Positions 47,960 to 58,814 are shown, counted from the stretch's first letter. The stretch is 64,000 nucleotides of DNA from Candidatus Komeilibacteria bacterium RIFOXYD1_FULL_37_29 (GCA_001818495.1 MHKS01000005.1:250038-314037), one strand, 5' to 3'. Numbers and translations are program-made. The notes: a model not told the origin generated them from the sequence alone.

Positions 47960-48736
47960 ATGGCCAAGTTTATCTTAGGAAGAAAATTGAATATGACCCA
48001 AAAGTTTTTGGCAGACGGTCGTTTGGTCCCAGTTACAGTAGTAGAAGCTGGTCCTTGTACAGTTGTTCAAGTAAAGAGCAAAGATAAGGAAAAATACACT
48101 TCTATTCAGGTGGGATTTGCCCAAAAACCCCAGGTCAATAAACCACTGGCAGGTCATCTAAAAGGATTGGAAAATTTTAGATACTTGAAAGAATTTAGAT
48201 TAGATAATATTGAGAATTTCACCAAAGGGAAAGTTTTTGATGTTACTAGTTTTTCAGCTGGTGATAATTTGAAAATTACCGCTACATCCAAAGGAAAGGG
48301 TTTTCAAGGCGTGGTAAAAAGACACGGTTTTCACGGTTCTCCAGCTAGTCATGGTCACAAAGACCAGCTTAGAATGTCTGGTTCTGTCGGAGCAACCGAC
48401 CCAGCTAGAGTTTTTAAAGGCACTCGCATGGGTGGACGCATGGGTTCAGATACAGTGACTGTTAACAATCTGGAATTAATCGAAGTAGATGTAGCTAAAA
48501 ATTTGCTTTATATTAAAGGAGCTGTGCCCGGTTCTAGAAATGCTTTGGTAACTATTTGGTCCGATGGTGGTCAAATTGTTTTTGTAGAAAAGCCAAAGGA
48601 AGTGGTAAAAACAGAAGTTGTTAAAGAAGCAGTGGCTGCCAAACCAGCCGGAGAAGTAAAAACCGAACTAGCTGTTGAGCCAAAAGAGCTTGAAAAAAAA
48701 GCAGTCAAACAAGAAGAAAATAAGGAAGAGAAATAA
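47960..48736 (+). CDS. rplC: 50S ribosomal protein L3, with a C-terminal Lys/Glu-rich extension.
   Basis: L3 family sequence and its position in the operon. Confidence 0.9.
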   Translation: MAKFILGRKLNMTQKFLADGRLVPVTVVEAGPCTVVQVKSKDKEKYTSIQVGFAQKPQVNKPLAGHLKGLENFRYLKEFRLDNIENFTKGKVFDVTSFSAGDNLKITATSKGKGFQGVVKRHGFHGSPASHGHKDQLRMSGSVGATDPARVFKGTRMGGRMGSDTVTVNNLELIEVDVAKNLLYIKGAVPGSRNALVTIWSDGGQIVFVEKPKEVVKTEVVKEAVAAKPAGEVKTELAVEPKELEKKAVKQEENKEEK

Positions 48737-48741
48737 ATTAT

Positions 48742-49377
48742 ATGGCAGAGATTAAAGTAAAATTATATGATTTTCAGGGTAAGGAGCTAGGAGAAGAAAT
48801 TCTAGATTCCAAACTTTTTGGTGTAGCCGTTGATCCCCAGATTATCCAGGAAATAGTTGTTTCCCAAAGAAAAAATGCTCGGGAAGTATTGGCTCATACC
48901 AAAGGAAGATCAGAAGTTCGCGGTGGTGGTAAAAAACCATGGAAGCAAAAAGGAACCGGTCGGGCTCGTCATGGTTCTATCCGTTCTCCACTTTGGATTG
49001 GTGGTGGTATTACTTTTGGTCCAACTAGAGAAAGAAATTTTTCTGTCAAAGTTAATAAAAAAGTCAAAAAGAAAGCCATGGCCATGGTCTTATCTGATAA
49101 AGTAGCTAATAGTAAATTAGTTTTAGTAGAATCATACAATCTTCCAGAAGCCAAAACCAAGCTTTTACAAACTGCTTTTACAAAATTACCAAATAAGAAT
49201 AAATCAACTTTGGTAGTTACTAAGAGTGCTGAGGAAAATATTGTCCGAGCTTCAAAAAATTTACCAAAAGTGCATACTATCAATTATGGTAGTTTGAATT
49301 TGGTAGATTTGATGAAAAATGAATATTTGGTTCTTAATAAGGAATTACTTAAAAAAGTAAGCGAACATTATTTATAA
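48742..49377 (+). CDS. rplD: 50S ribosomal protein L4.
   Basis: L4 family sequence and its position in the operon. Confidence 0.9.
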   Translation: MAEIKVKLYDFQGKELGEEILDSKLFGVAVDPQIIQEIVVSQRKNAREVLAHTKGRSEVRGGGKKPWKQKGTGRARHGSIRSPLWIGGGITFGPTRERNFSVKVNKKVKKKAMAMVLSDKVANSKLVLVESYNLPEAKTKLLQTAFTKLPNKNKSTLVVTKSAEENIVRASKNLPKVHTINYGSLNLVDLMKNEYLVLNKELLKKVSEHYL

Positions 49378-49381
49378 ACAT

Positions 49382-49861
49382 ATGGGTTTGTTCAGTAAAA
49401 AAAATAAAGAAGTAGCTAAGGACACGGTTAGTCAAACCGCTAAAGATTCTGTGTCTAGTCAGGCCAGTAGCCAGCTTAAGGTAGTTGATAAAAAAGTTAA
49501 GGCTTTGAAAAACAGTCAACCCAAAAGTAAAAAAGTTACTGATAAAAAAGATGGCCATAAGTTCGGTGGACAAAATGCCCAAGCGCATCGATTTTTACTT
49601 AGACCAGTTATTTCTGAAAAGGCCACCATTAGTGTCAGCGACGGAAAATATACTTTTGAAGTATCTGGCGATTCTAATAAAGTAGCTATTAAAAAAGCGA
49701 TTGAAGAAATATATGGAGTCAGGCCAATCGGAGTAAATATTATCAACCAATGCGGTAAAAATGTTCGTTTTGGTAGAAAATTTGGACAAACCAAAAATGT
49801 TAAAAAAGCCATTGTTACTCTGAAAAAGGGTGATAGTATAAAACTATACGAGGGTATTTAA
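49382..49861 (+). CDS. rplW: 50S ribosomal protein L23, with an approximately 60-aa N-terminal Ser/Lys-rich extension.
   Basis: HRFLLRPVISEKA…IEEIYGVRP. Confidence 0.85.
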   Translation: MGLFSKKNKEVAKDTVSQTAKDSVSSQASSQLKVVDKKVKALKNSQPKSKKVTDKKDGHKFGGQNAQAHRFLLRPVISEKATISVSDGKYTFEVSGDSNKVAIKKAIEEIYGVRPIGVNIINQCGKNVRFGRKFGQTKNVKKAIVTLKKGDSIKLYEGI

Positions 49862-49872
49862 TATAGATCTAT

Positions 49873-50721
49873 ATGCCAATTAAAGTTTACAAACCAACCA
49901 CACCAGCTCGCCGTAAAACCAGCGTTTTGATAAATAAAAATTTATCTAAAAAACGTCCGGAGAAATCTTTGGTTATTATTAGAAAAGAACAAGCTGGTCG
50001 TAACAACCAAGGCCGTATTTCTGTCAGACACAAGGGTGGTGGAGAAAAAAGATATATCAGATTGATTGACTTTAAACAATCTAAATTTGATATGCCCGCT
50101 AAAGTAACAGCCGTAGAGTATGACCCAAATAGAAACGCTGATATTGCTTTAGTTGTTTATCCAGACGGTGTAAAGAGTTATATTGTTGCCGCCGAAGGAA
50201 TGGCTGTTGGTCACGAAGTATTGTCTTCCGAGAAAAAAATTGATATTAAAGTTGGCAATCGTTTAGTTTTAAAAAATATTCCTACCGGTACGATTGTTTA
50301 TAATGTAGAAATGGTTCCGGGTAAAGGCGGTCAATTGGCTCGCAGTGCTGGAAATGGTTTAGTGTTGATGGCTATTTATGATGGTAAAGCTCAACTAAAG
50401 ATGCCAAGTGGAGAAATCAGAGTTGTCCCAGAAAATTGTATGGCTTCTATTGGTATGCCTAGCAATTCTGAACACAGAAATATCCGTTATGGTAAAGCTG
50501 GCCGGAAGCGTCATATGGGTATCAGACCAACTGTTCGTGGTAAAGTTATGAACCCGGTCGATCACCCTCATGGTGGTGGAGAAGGTCATAATCCGATTGG
50601 TATGAAACATCCTAAGACCTACAAAGGTAAACCGGCTTATGGTGTCAAAACTAGAAAGAGAAATAAGAGGAGTGATCGGATGATTATCAAACGTCGTTTA
50701 TCTAGAACGGGTAGAAAATAA
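49873..50721 (+). CDS. rplB: 50S ribosomal protein L2.
   Basis: [12 protein letters not shown]. Confidence 0.95.
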   Translation: MPIKVYKPTTPARRKTSVLINKNLSKKRPEKSLVIIRKEQAGRNNQGRISVRHKGGGEKRYIRLIDFKQSKFDMPAKVTAVEYDPNRNADIALVVYPDGVKSYIVAAEGMAVGHEVLSSEKKIDIKVGNRLVLKNIPTGTIVYNVEMVPGKGGQLARSAGNGLVLMAIYDGKAQLKMPSGEIRVVPENCMASIGMPSNSEHRNIRYGKAGRKRHMGIRPTVRGKVMNPVDHPHGGGEGHNPIGMKHPKTYKGKPAYGVKTRKRNKRSDRMIIKRRLSRTGRK

Positions 50722-50741
50722 TTGGTAAATATTTATAAATT

Positions 50742-51026
50742 ATGTCAAGAAGTTTAAAAAAAGGTCCGTTTACAGATCCAAAGTTGCTCAAAAAAGTAGC
50801 CGGTCTAAAACCAGAAAGCGGTTCAGTGATCAAAACTTGGTCACGTTCTTCAGTTATTACACCGGAGATGGTTGGTTTTACTTTTGGAGTGCATAATGGT
50901 CGGATTCATTCCAACGTTTATGTAGTGGAAAACATGGTTGGACATCGTTTGGGAGAATTTGCTCCAACCAGAAAATTTGTTGTTCACGGTGGTAAAATGG
51001 CCAAGAGTCAAACCCAGGAAAGTTAA
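50742..51026 (+). CDS. rpsS: 30S ribosomal protein S19.
   Basis: [10 protein letters not shown]…GHRLGEF. Confidence 0.9.
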   Translation: MSRSLKKGPFTDPKLLKKVAGLKPESGSVIKTWSRSSVITPEMVGFTFGVHNGRIHSNVYVVENMVGHRLGEFAPTRKFVVHGGKMAKSQTQES

Positions 51027-51049
51027 TTTAGGTAAATTATTTATATTGT

Positions 51050-51571
51050 ATGGTTGAATCAAAAGCACAATTGAAAAATCTTCGCATCTCCTACAAGAAA
51101 GTCGGTTTGGTAGCCGGCGCTATTCGTGGTTTGGATGTCAGTGTTGCTTTGGCTAAACTTCAGATTGTTTTTAAAAAATCTTCTCCAGAAATTGAGAAAT
51201 TGCTTAAATCAGCTGTCGCCAATGCTATTGATAGATACAGTGTTAAAGAAGAGGACTTGAAGATTAAGAGCATTATAGTTAATAAAGCCATGGATCTAAA
51301 GCGTTGGAAACCAGCGGCTTTTGGTCGGGCCCATCCTTTCCGCAAGGCTTCTTGTCATGTAGCCATTATTTTGCAAACCAAAGAAGGAGTCAAAGTTGTG
51401 GCTAAAGAAAAGGTTAAAAAAGTCATAGACACGGTTGATTTGACCAAAACTGATAAGAAATTGGGTTCTCGGGTTGATAGCAAAAAAGTCAATAGTAATA
51501 TAAGCAAGAAAACAGTTAAGGAATCTACGACTGGTGCAGCCAAAGATAAATCTAAAGTAAAAAAGGGTTAA
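51050..51571 (+). CDS. rplV: 50S ribosomal protein L22, with a C-terminal Lys-rich extension.
   Basis: L22 family sequence and its position in the operon. Confidence 0.85.
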   Translation: MVESKAQLKNLRISYKKVGLVAGAIRGLDVSVALAKLQIVFKKSSPEIEKLLKSAVANAIDRYSVKEEDLKIKSIIVNKAMDLKRWKPAAFGRAHPFRKASCHVAIILQTKEGVKVVAKEKVKKVIDTVDLTKTDKKLGSRVDSKKVNSNISKKTVKESTTGAAKDKSKVKKG

Positions 51572-51575
51572 TTAT

Positions 51576-52367
51576 ATGGGAAAAAAGGTAAATCCAAGAG
51601 TATTTAGATTAGGCTTGAGTGAGAAATGGAGATCTCGCTGGTATTCTGGTAGGGATTTTTCTAAATTTTTACAACAAGATGTTTGTCTCAGAAGGGGTCT
51701 AAATCATGAATTAAAAGAAGCCGGTATTGATCGGATTGAGATTGAAAGAAATAGAGGCGAAATTATTGTCAATATTTTGGCTGCCAAACCAGGTATTATC
51801 ATCGGTCGTGGTGGTAGTGGTATTGAAGATCTAAAGAAAAAGATTAAAAGTAAATATTTAGACAAGGATATTAAGTTGAGTGTTAATATTAGAGAAGTCG
51901 CCATTCCTAATCAATCAGCCAATATCATTGTTGATGCGGTCAGAGTTGATTTGGAAAAGCGTATTCCTTTTAGACGAGTACTGAAGCAAAATGTAGATAA
52001 GGTTATGAAAGCTGGCGCTAAGGGAGTAAAGATTTTGGTTGCCGGTCGTTTAAACGGAGTAGATATTGCCCGTCGTGAAAAAATCGTCCAAGGTAAAATT
52101 CCTCTACAAACTTTAAGATCAAATATTGATTATAGTCGTGGCGTTGCTCAGACTATGTATGGAGTGATTGGTATTAAAGTGTGGGTTTATAAGGGAGAAT
52201 ATTTTACTAAAAAAGAAGAAAAAGAAGCTACCAAGAAACTGGCTCCGGTTAAAAGCGCCAAGCTATTTTCCGGCGATGATATGAAGCGAAGACCAATAGA
52301 AAAACCTAGCACCAGTCGACGTGAAACCGGCACTCGTGTTCATCCTAGAGCAAAAACCAAGAAATAA
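51576..52367 (+). CDS. rpsC: 30S ribosomal protein S3.
   Basis: MGKKVNPRVFRLG… KH domain. Confidence 0.9.
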   Translation: MGKKVNPRVFRLGLSEKWRSRWYSGRDFSKFLQQDVCLRRGLNHELKEAGIDRIEIERNRGEIIVNILAAKPGIIIGRGGSGIEDLKKKIKSKYLDKDIKLSVNIREVAIPNQSANIIVDAVRVDLEKRIPFRRVLKQNVDKVMKAGAKGVKILVAGRLNGVDIARREKIVQGKIPLQTLRSNIDYSRGVAQTMYGVIGIKVWVYKGEYFTKKEEKEATKKLAPVKSAKLFSGDDMKRRPIEKPSTSRRETGTRVHPRAKTKK

Positions 52368-52397
52368 TATTTCAAATAATTTCCACATAATAAATAT

Positions 52398-52814
52398 ATG
52401 TTAGCACCAAAGAAAGTAAAACATAGAAAATGGCATAGAGGAGATCAAATAAAAGGTAAGGCTACCCGTATGAATAGGGTGAGCTTTGGCGACTATGGTT
52501 TGAAAAGTTTACAGACCGGTTGGATTACTGCTCGTCAAATTGAATCTGCTCGTCGAGCTGTGGTTGGACATATGCAACGCGGTGGGGAAATGTTTATTCG
52601 TATTTTTCCAGATAAGCCTATTACCGCCAAAGGTAGCGAGATGCCGATGGGTAAAGGTAAAGGAGCTGTTGATCATTATGTAGCGACAGTTAAGCCAGGC
52701 ACCATTATGTTGGAAATTGGTGGAGTAGATGCAGAAACCGCTAAGCGTTCTTTACAATTAGCCGGTTACAAATTGCCAGTCAAAACAAAATTGGTCAGCA
52801 AGGAATTATTATAA
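52398..52814 (+). CDS. rplP: 50S ribosomal protein L16.
   Basis: L16 family sequence and its position in the operon. Confidence 0.9.
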   Translation: MLAPKKVKHRKWHRGDQIKGKATRMNRVSFGDYGLKSLQTGWITARQIESARRAVVGHMQRGGEMFIRIFPDKPITAKGSEMPMGKGKGAVDHYVATVKPGTIMLEIGGVDAETAKRSLQLAGYKLPVKTKLVSKELL

Positions 52815-52819
52815 AATAT

Positions 52820-53035
52820 ATGAAAATTTCAGAATTAAGAAAATTAGATATAGAAAAGCTAAACGACACATTGGCAGAATTGCGTAATAAAAATCGTGAG
52901 CTTAGGTTTTCTATTACTAATAATCAATTGAAGAATGTCAGACAGGCCCGAGTAGTTAAAAAGGAGATTGCTAAAATTTTGACAGCTTTAAATGAAAAAA
53001 GAACAGTGGCTGAAGATTTGAAACAAGAAAAATAA
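52820..53035 (+). CDS. rpmC: 50S ribosomal protein L29.
   Basis: Small and helical, located between L16 and S17. Confidence 0.8.
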   Translation: MKISELRKLDIEKLNDTLAELRNKNRELRFSITNNQLKNVRQARVVKKEIAKILTALNEKRTVAEDLKQEK

Positions 53036-53046
53036 TTTGAAATAAG

Positions 53047-53295
53047 ATGGAAAAGACATTAATAAAAAAGAAATTAGAGGGTCAGGTAGTCAGCGATAAG
53101 ATGGATAAAACCGTTGTAGTTTTGGTGACGACCATAAAAACCCACCCTAAGTATGGTAAACAATTCAAGGCATCTAAAAAATACAAAGCTCATGATGAAA
53201 AAAATGAGTATAAAGTAGGTGACCAAGTATTGCTCCAGGCCTGTCGTCCACTATCTAAAGATAAAAGATGGCGAGTAATTAAAAAAGTAAAGTAA
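53047..53295 (+). CDS. rpsQ: 30S ribosomal protein S17.
   Basis: S17 family sequence and its position in the operon. Confidence 0.85.
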   Translation: MEKTLIKKKLEGQVVSDKMDKTVVVLVTTIKTHPKYGKQFKASKKYKAHDEKNEYKVGDQVLLQACRPLSKDKRWRVIKKVK

Positions 53296-53305
53296 ACATA
53301 CAGAT

Positions 53306-53677
53306 ATGATTCAACACATGTCACTATTAAAAGTCGCAGATAATTCTGGTGCAAAATTGGTAAAATGCATTAGGGTTTTAGGTGGCTATAAAAAAAGATA
53401 TGCTCGTGTTGGCGATTTGATTACGGTAGCTGTCAGAAGCGCCCAGCCTCATAGTGCTGTTAAAAAAGGTCAGGTACTACATGCGGTCATTGTCAGACAA
53501 AGAAAAGAAATTCGTAGAATCAACGGTACTTATATTCGTTTTGACGATAACGCTGTGGTCATTGTGGATAAGAAAAATAAAGAGTTAAAAGGTACTCGTA
53601 TTTTTGGGCCAGTCGCTCGCGAGCTTCGAGCCGCCGGCTATACCAAGCTTATTTCATTAGCCCCAGAAGTTTTATAA
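53306..53677 (+). CDS. rplN: 50S ribosomal protein L14.
   Basis: [17 protein letters not shown]…. Confidence 0.9.
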   Translation: MIQHMSLLKVADNSGAKLVKCIRVLGGYKKRYARVGDLITVAVRSAQPHSAVKKGQVLHAVIVRQRKEIRRINGTYIRFDDNAVVIVDKKNKELKGTRIFGPVARELRAAGYTKLISLAPEVL

Positions 53678-53681
53678 ACAT

Positions 53682-54008
53682 ATGAACATCAAGATAAAAG
53701 TAAATGATAAAGTACAAGTGCTGTCCGGCAAGGATAAGGGTAAAACTGGTAAAGTTTTACAGATTTTGCCTGGCCTAAACAAAGCAGTGGTTGAAGGTAT
53801 CAATACTATGTACAAGCACATTAAGTCACGTAAAAAAGGGGAGAAGGGCCAAAGAGTTCAATTTAATGGTCCAGTGATTGGCAGTAACTTGATGTTGGTT
53901 TGTCCAAAATGCAACAAACCTAGTCGCTTGGGAGTGAAGATTTCCGAAATGGCCAATAAAAAAACCAAAGTAAGATTTTGTAAAAAATGTAAGGAAGTAA
54001 TTGATTAG
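53682..54008 (+). CDS. rplX: 50S ribosomal protein L24, with a C-terminal CxxC…CxxC zinc-ribbon-like extension.
   Basis: KOW motif GKDKGKTGKV. C-terminal CPKCNKP…CKKCKE. Confidence 0.85.
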   Translation: MNIKIKVNDKVQVLSGKDKGKTGKVLQILPGLNKAVVEGINTMYKHIKSRKKGEKGQRVQFNGPVIGSNLMLVCPKCNKPSRLGVKISEMANKKTKVRFCKKCKEVID

Positions 54009-54040
54009 GTTTTACTAGATGTAGTTAAATATATAAAAAT

Positions 54041-54592
54041 ATGAGCAGATTAGCAGACAAATATAAAAAAGATTTAAAGCCTCAATTGGCCAAAACTTTG
54101 GGTTTAAAAAATCTAATGGCCGCTCCCAAAGTAGAAAAAGTGGTACTTAATATTGGTATTGGAAAAGCCACCCAAGACAAACAATGGATTGATTTGGCTA
54201 CTTCTATTTTAGGTCGGATTACCGGTCAAAAAGCCGTTACTACTAAATCTAGAAAATCAATTTCTAATTTTAAAGTACGTAAAGGTATGGTAGTGGGAGC
54301 CAAAGTAACCTTACGCGGTGAGAAGATGTATGATTTTTTGGATAGATTGGTCAATGTCACTATTCCACGATTGCGAGATTTTTTTGGCTTAGATCTTAAA
54401 AAGGGCTTTGACAAGCACGGAAATTATACTATTGGTTTTAAAGAACACATTGTTTTTCCGGAGATTGGTATGGACGATTTGGATAAAATACATGGGTTAG
54501 AACTCACCGTAGTTACTTCTGCTAAAAATGATCAAGATACTTTAGAATTGCTCAAGGTCTTGGGATTTCCTTTTAAAAAAAGTAAAAAATAA
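54041..54592 (+). CDS. rplE: 50S ribosomal protein L5.
   Basis: L5 family sequence and its position in the operon. Confidence 0.9.
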   Translation: MSRLADKYKKDLKPQLAKTLGLKNLMAAPKVEKVVLNIGIGKATQDKQWIDLATSILGRITGQKAVTTKSRKSISNFKVRKGMVVGAKVTLRGEKMYDFLDRLVNVTIPRLRDFFGLDLKKGFDKHGNYTIGFKEHIVFPEIGMDDLDKIHGLELTVVTSAKNDQDTLELLKVLGFPFKKSKK

Positions 54593-54609
54593 TTGTAAAA
54601 ATTCTTAAT

Positions 54610-54795
54610 ATGGCAACATCAGCACAAATTGCAAAATCAAACAGAACACCAAAGTATTCAACACGAATTACCCGTCGTTGTTGGCGATGTGGCAGACACC
54701 GTTCTTATATGAGAAGATTCGACCTTTGTCGCATTTGTTTTAGGGAGTTAGCTGATAAAGGCGAAATTCCGGGAATTAAAAAATCAAGTTGGTAA
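54610..54795 (+). CDS. rpsZ: 30S ribosomal protein S14 type Z (zinc-binding).
   Basis: 61 aa, CWRCGRH…CRICFRE. Confidence 0.9.
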   Translation: MATSAQIAKSNRTPKYSTRITRRCWRCGRHRSYMRRFDLCRICFRELADKGEIPGIKKSSW

Positions 54796-54815
54796 TTAAT
54801 TATAATTAAAATATC

Positions 54816-55205
54816 ATGACAGATCCTATTGCAGACATGTTAACAAGAATAAGGAATGCCGCAGCCGTTAAAAAGGTGGAGGTAGTTTTGCCTTATTCAA
54901 AGTTAAAGTTTAATATAGCCAAGATTTTGGAAAAAGAAAGTTATATATCCAAAGTAGAAAAGATCAAGACTGGAAAGTTTGATGAACTTAAAATTGAATT
55001 GAAATACACCAGTCATGGTCCAGCCATTAGGCATATTAAGAGAATTTCTAAACCTGGTCAGAGAATTTATTCTGCTGGAAAAGAATTGCCCCGTGTTTTA
55101 AACGGCTATGGCTTGGCTATCCTTTCTACTTCCAAAGGAATTATGACTAATAAGGAAGCAAAAAGTCAGAATATAGGTGGAGAATTAGTTTGTGAAATTT
55201 GGTAA
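54816..55205 (+). CDS. rpsH: 30S ribosomal protein S8.
   Basis: MTDPIADMLTRIRNA…. Confidence 0.9.
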   Translation: MTDPIADMLTRIRNAAAVKKVEVVLPYSKLKFNIAKILEKESYISKVEKIKTGKFDELKIELKYTSHGPAIRHIKRISKPGQRIYSAGKELPRVLNGYGLAILSTSKGIMTNKEAKSQNIGGELVCEIW

Positions 55206-55214
55206 TAAAAAATT

Positions 55215-55769
55215 ATGTCAAGAGTTGGAAAAAAACCAATAGAAATACCCAAAGGCGTTGAAGTAAAAATAAACGCCGAAAAAATGGGTTATCAAGTAGG
55301 CATTAAAGGACCGAAAGGATCTTTGAATGTTGCTTTACCACAGGGAGTGGTTGTTGAACAAAAAGATAATCAGCTTGTTTTAAGTGTACAGAATTCTGAA
55401 GATGGGCATGAAAAGGCTCTCTGGGGTCTATCTAGATCATTGATCAACAATGCTGTTTTAGGAGTGACTGGTGGATTTTCTAAAGAATTAGAAATCAACG
55501 GTGTCGGTTTTAAAGTGGCTTTGCAAGGAAAGAAATTGGTATTAAATGTTGGATTTTCTCATCCAGTAGAATATGCTTTACCCGATGGTATCGTGGCGGT
55601 TGTAGAAAAAAATAACATTAAAATATCAGGTATTGATAAGCAGCTATTGGGCCAGGTCACCGCTGAAATCAGGGCTATTAAAAAACCAGAGCCATATAAA
55701 GGTAAAGGTATTAAATATATTGACGAACATATTCGCAGAAAAGCTGGTAAAGTTGTCAAAGCTGCCTAA
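55215..55769 (+). CDS. rplF: 50S ribosomal protein L6.
   Basis: L6 family sequence and its position in the operon. Confidence 0.9.
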   Translation: MSRVGKKPIEIPKGVEVKINAEKMGYQVGIKGPKGSLNVALPQGVVVEQKDNQLVLSVQNSEDGHEKALWGLSRSLINNAVLGVTGGFSKELEINGVGFKVALQGKKLVLNVGFSHPVEYALPDGIVAVVEKNNIKISGIDKQLLGQVTAEIRAIKKPEPYKGKGIKYIDEHIRRKAGKVVKAA

Positions 55770-55789
55770 GTCCATTAATATAAAATATT

Positions 55790-56146
55790 ATGAAGGATAA
55801 AAATAAAGTAAAACTAAGCAATATTATCAGACGACAGCGTCGAACCAGGGCTAAAATTAGTGGTACTGCTGTTCGGCCGAGAGTTTCTGTTTTCAAGAGT
55901 TTGATGCATACTAGCGTTCAAGCGATTGATGATGTAGCCAGAAAGACTTTGGCTGCTATGACTGATAAAACTCTTAAAGTTAAGGGTACCAAATCAGACA
56001 AAGCAGCTGCTTTGGGCGAGGAGTTTGGTAAAAAATTGAAAACTCTTAAGATTGAGGCCATCATTTTTGATAAAGGAGCTTATAAATACCACGGCCGAGT
56101 AAAAGCTTTAGCCGACGGCATTAGAAAAGCAGGTATAAATTTTTAA
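55790..56146 (+). CDS. rplR: 50S ribosomal protein L18.
   Basis: L18 family sequence and its position in the operon. Confidence 0.85.
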   Translation: MKDKNKVKLSNIIRRQRRTRAKISGTAVRPRVSVFKSLMHTSVQAIDDVARKTLAAMTDKTLKVKGTKSDKAAALGEEFGKKLKTLKIEAIIFDKGAYKYHGRVKALADGIRKAGINF

Positions 56147-56150
56147 TATT

Positions 56151-56888
56151 ATGGAAGAAAAAAATATAAAAGAAATTGAGCCTAAGGTTTTGGAACAAAG
56201 TAGCGATGATTTACAAGTCATTGATGATTTGGTCAAAACCCCCGCTGATCAAAAAGTTTTTACCAAAGTAAAGGTTAACTTTAGACGGGCTCCTATTAAG
56301 AGACGACAGTCAGATAAACCAAAAGATGATTTTGAACAAAAAGTTTTGGATTTAGCTAGAGTTACTCGTGTGATGGCCGGTGGTAAGAGAATGAAATTTA
56401 GAGCCACTATGGTTATTGGTGATAAAAAAGGTAAAGTTGGTATCGGCATTGCTAAAGGTATGGATGTTTCTATGGCTATTTCTAAAGCAGTGTCTAAAGC
56501 CAGGAAAAATTTGGTGGAAGTACCGATTATTGATGGTACAGTACCTCATCAGGTACGGATCAATGATCATTCAGCTAAACTGATGATTCGTCCAGCTCGT
56601 TCTGGTAGTGGTATCAAAGCTGGTGGTGTAATGCGTATTGTTTTTGAGTTAGCTGGAATCAAGGACGTAGTAGCCAAAATTTTGGGTACCAGTAATAAAG
56701 TAAACAACGCCAAAGCTACTGTTAAGGCTTTAAATTCTTTTATTCCTCAGGCTGTTGAAGCAGCTCGAGCTAGTAAAAAAGCGCCAGCTCAGCCAGCCAC
56801 TTATAGTGCTCATAATCAAAATAGGGGAGCTTTTGTTAGAAAAGATAAACCCACCGGTCACAAAAAAGACCGAGGAGAAAGTAAATAA
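56151..56888 (+). CDS. rpsE: 30S ribosomal protein S5, with N- and C-terminal extensions (245 aa).
   Basis: S5 core motifs RVTRVMAGGKRMKFRA…, flanked by extensions. Confidence 0.9.
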   Translation: MEEKNIKEIEPKVLEQSSDDLQVIDDLVKTPADQKVFTKVKVNFRRAPIKRRQSDKPKDDFEQKVLDLARVTRVMAGGKRMKFRATMVIGDKKGKVGIGIAKGMDVSMAISKAVSKARKNLVEVPIIDGTVPHQVRINDHSAKLMIRPARSGSGIKAGGVMRIVFELAGIKDVVAKILGTSNKVNNAKATVKALNSFIPQAVEAARASKKAPAQPATYSAHNQNRGAFVRKDKPTGHKKDRGESK

Positions 56889-56890
56889 AT

Positions 56891-57412
56891 ATGTTGAATC
56901 TACACAGTCTAAAAAAATCAAAAGGAACCAAAAGAAAGAGAGAAAGATTGGGACGCGGTAATGCTACTGGCAGTGGAAATTATTCTACTCGTGGTATGAA
57001 GGGTCAGCGCGCTCGTTCTGGCGGTAAATCTGGTTTGGCTTTACGCAGTATCAGAAGCTATCTTTTGGCTGTACCAAAAGTTAGGGGTTTTAAATCTCTA
57101 AGTATTCCTCGATCAGTTGTTAATGTGGGTGATTTGGAAAAGAATTTCTCTAGCGGTGAGAAAGTTAATATTAGAGCAATGCTTAAGGCCGGATTAATTA
57201 TGACCATTTCTGGCGGCGTTAAAGTATTGTCTTTGGGTAAAATTAGTAAAAATTTAATTGTTGAGGCCAATGCTTTTTCAGCTGAAGCTAAAGGAAAGAT
57301 TGAAGCAGCTGGTGGTAAGGCTATTGTAGTTTACGGTAGTAAGCGGGCCAAAGAATTATCGGCCAAAGCTGGTCAAAAAGATGATCAGGCCACAGCAGAA
57401 ATTAAGGCTTAA
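56891..57412 (+). CDS. rplO: 50S ribosomal protein L15. It directly follows S5; no L30 gene lies between them.
   Basis: GRGNATGSGNYSTRGMKGQ…. Confidence 0.9.
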   Translation: MLNLHSLKKSKGTKRKRERLGRGNATGSGNYSTRGMKGQRARSGGKSGLALRSIRSYLLAVPKVRGFKSLSIPRSVVNVGDLEKNFSSGEKVNIRAMLKAGLIMTISGGVKVLSLGKISKNLIVEANAFSAEAKGKIEAAGGKAIVVYGSKRAKELSAKAGQKDDQATAEIKA

Positions 57413-57429
57413 GAAATAAATAAAAATTT

Positions 57430-58707
57430 ATGTTAGCCAAACTACAACAAATTTTCAAGGCTAAGGATATTAGAAACAATATTCTCTTTGTTTTGGCTCT
57501 CTTGATAGTATTTAGAATAGCCGCTCATATTCCAGTACCAGGAGTTAATGTCATGGATTTGCAGGCATATTTTTCTGGCAATCAGGTTTTAGGATTGTTG
57601 GATTTATTTTCCGGCGGGGCCATGCAAAATTTTTCTATTGTAATGTTGGGAGTTGGTCCTTATATCACTGCTTCCATTATTTTTCAATTATTGGTCATGA
57701 TTGTCCCAAAACTAGAAGCTATGTCTAAAGAGGGAGAATACGGTCGTCAAAAAATCAATCAATATACTAGAATCGCTACTGTGCCCTTGGCCATAATCCA
57801 GGGTTACAGCTTTCTTAAACTTTTATCCAATCAGACTAATGGTCAGTTATTAGCCAATATTACTTCTATGCAACTTATTGCCACTTTACTGATAGTGACC
57901 GCCGGTACTATATTTTTGATGTGGATTGGAGAACTTATTAGCGAACGTCATATTGGAAATGGTGTATCACTTATTATCTTTGCTGGTATTGTCAGCGGTT
58001 TGCCCCAGTCAATTAGAAATACTTTTATATCAGTGGATAATACTATGGTATTAAATTTGGTAATATTTGCCGTGATTGCTTTAATTACCATTGCCGCCAT
58101 TGTGCTTATTACTGAAGGTACTAGAAATATCCCAGTTTCTTATGCTCGGCATGTGGTGGGACAGAAAAATCTGGGTGGAGTCAAAACTCATTTACCACTT
58201 CGTGTTAATCAAGCCGGAGTAATTCCAATTATCTTTGCTATTTCAGTGATTATTTTTCCACCAATGGTAGCCCAGTTTTTTATCCGTTCGCAAGTAAATT
58301 GGATTGCTGATTCTTCCCAATGGATTATTGATATTTTTGCCAATCAAACTTTTTATGCTATTTTTTATTTTTTAATGGTAGTATTTTTTACCTATTTTTA
58401 CACTTCCGTCATTTTCAAACCAACAGAAATAGCTGAAAATCTTCAAAAACAAGGAGGCTTTATTCCAGGCATTAGACCAGGTAAAAATACTTCGGATTAT
58501 TTAAATTTTACTATGAACCGAGTGGTTTTTGCTGGAGCAGTATTTTTGGGTCTCGTCGCCATATTACCGCTTATCGTTGGTCCGGTGACTGGTATTGCTA
58601 CTATCAATATTGGTGGTACTAGTCTGCTCATTACCGTAGCCGTGGTTATTGAAACAGTCAAACAAATTGATGCCCAATTAGTTATGAGAGACTACGAAGG
58701 ATTTTAA
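57430..58707 (+). CDS. secY: Preprotein translocase subunit SecY.
   Basis: 10-TM protein with SecY signature regions, located after rplO. Confidence 0.9.
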   Translation: MLAKLQQIFKAKDIRNNILFVLALLIVFRIAAHIPVPGVNVMDLQAYFSGNQVLGLLDLFSGGAMQNFSIVMLGVGPYITASIIFQLLVMIVPKLEAMSKEGEYGRQKINQYTRIATVPLAIIQGYSFLKLLSNQTNGQLLANITSMQLIATLLIVTAGTIFLMWIGELISERHIGNGVSLIIFAGIVSGLPQSIRNTFISVDNTMVLNLVIFAVIALITIAAIVLITEGTRNIPVSYARHVVGQKNLGGVKTHLPLRVNQAGVIPIIFAISVIIFPPMVAQFFIRSQVNWIADSSQWIIDIFANQTFYAIFYFLMVVFFTYFYTSVIFKPTEIAENLQKQGGFIPGIRPGKNTSDYLNFTMNRVVFAGAVFLGLVAILPLIVGPVTGIATINIGGTSLLITVAVVIETVKQIDAQLVMRDYEGF

Positions 58708-58814
58708 TTTTTACATTTATTTTTAATCAAAACCCCTTCCAAAATATCTCTGGCGGGGGTTTTGATTTTAAGTAGTTAATTTGCTATAATCTTATTGACA
58801 ATATAAGGAATAAT

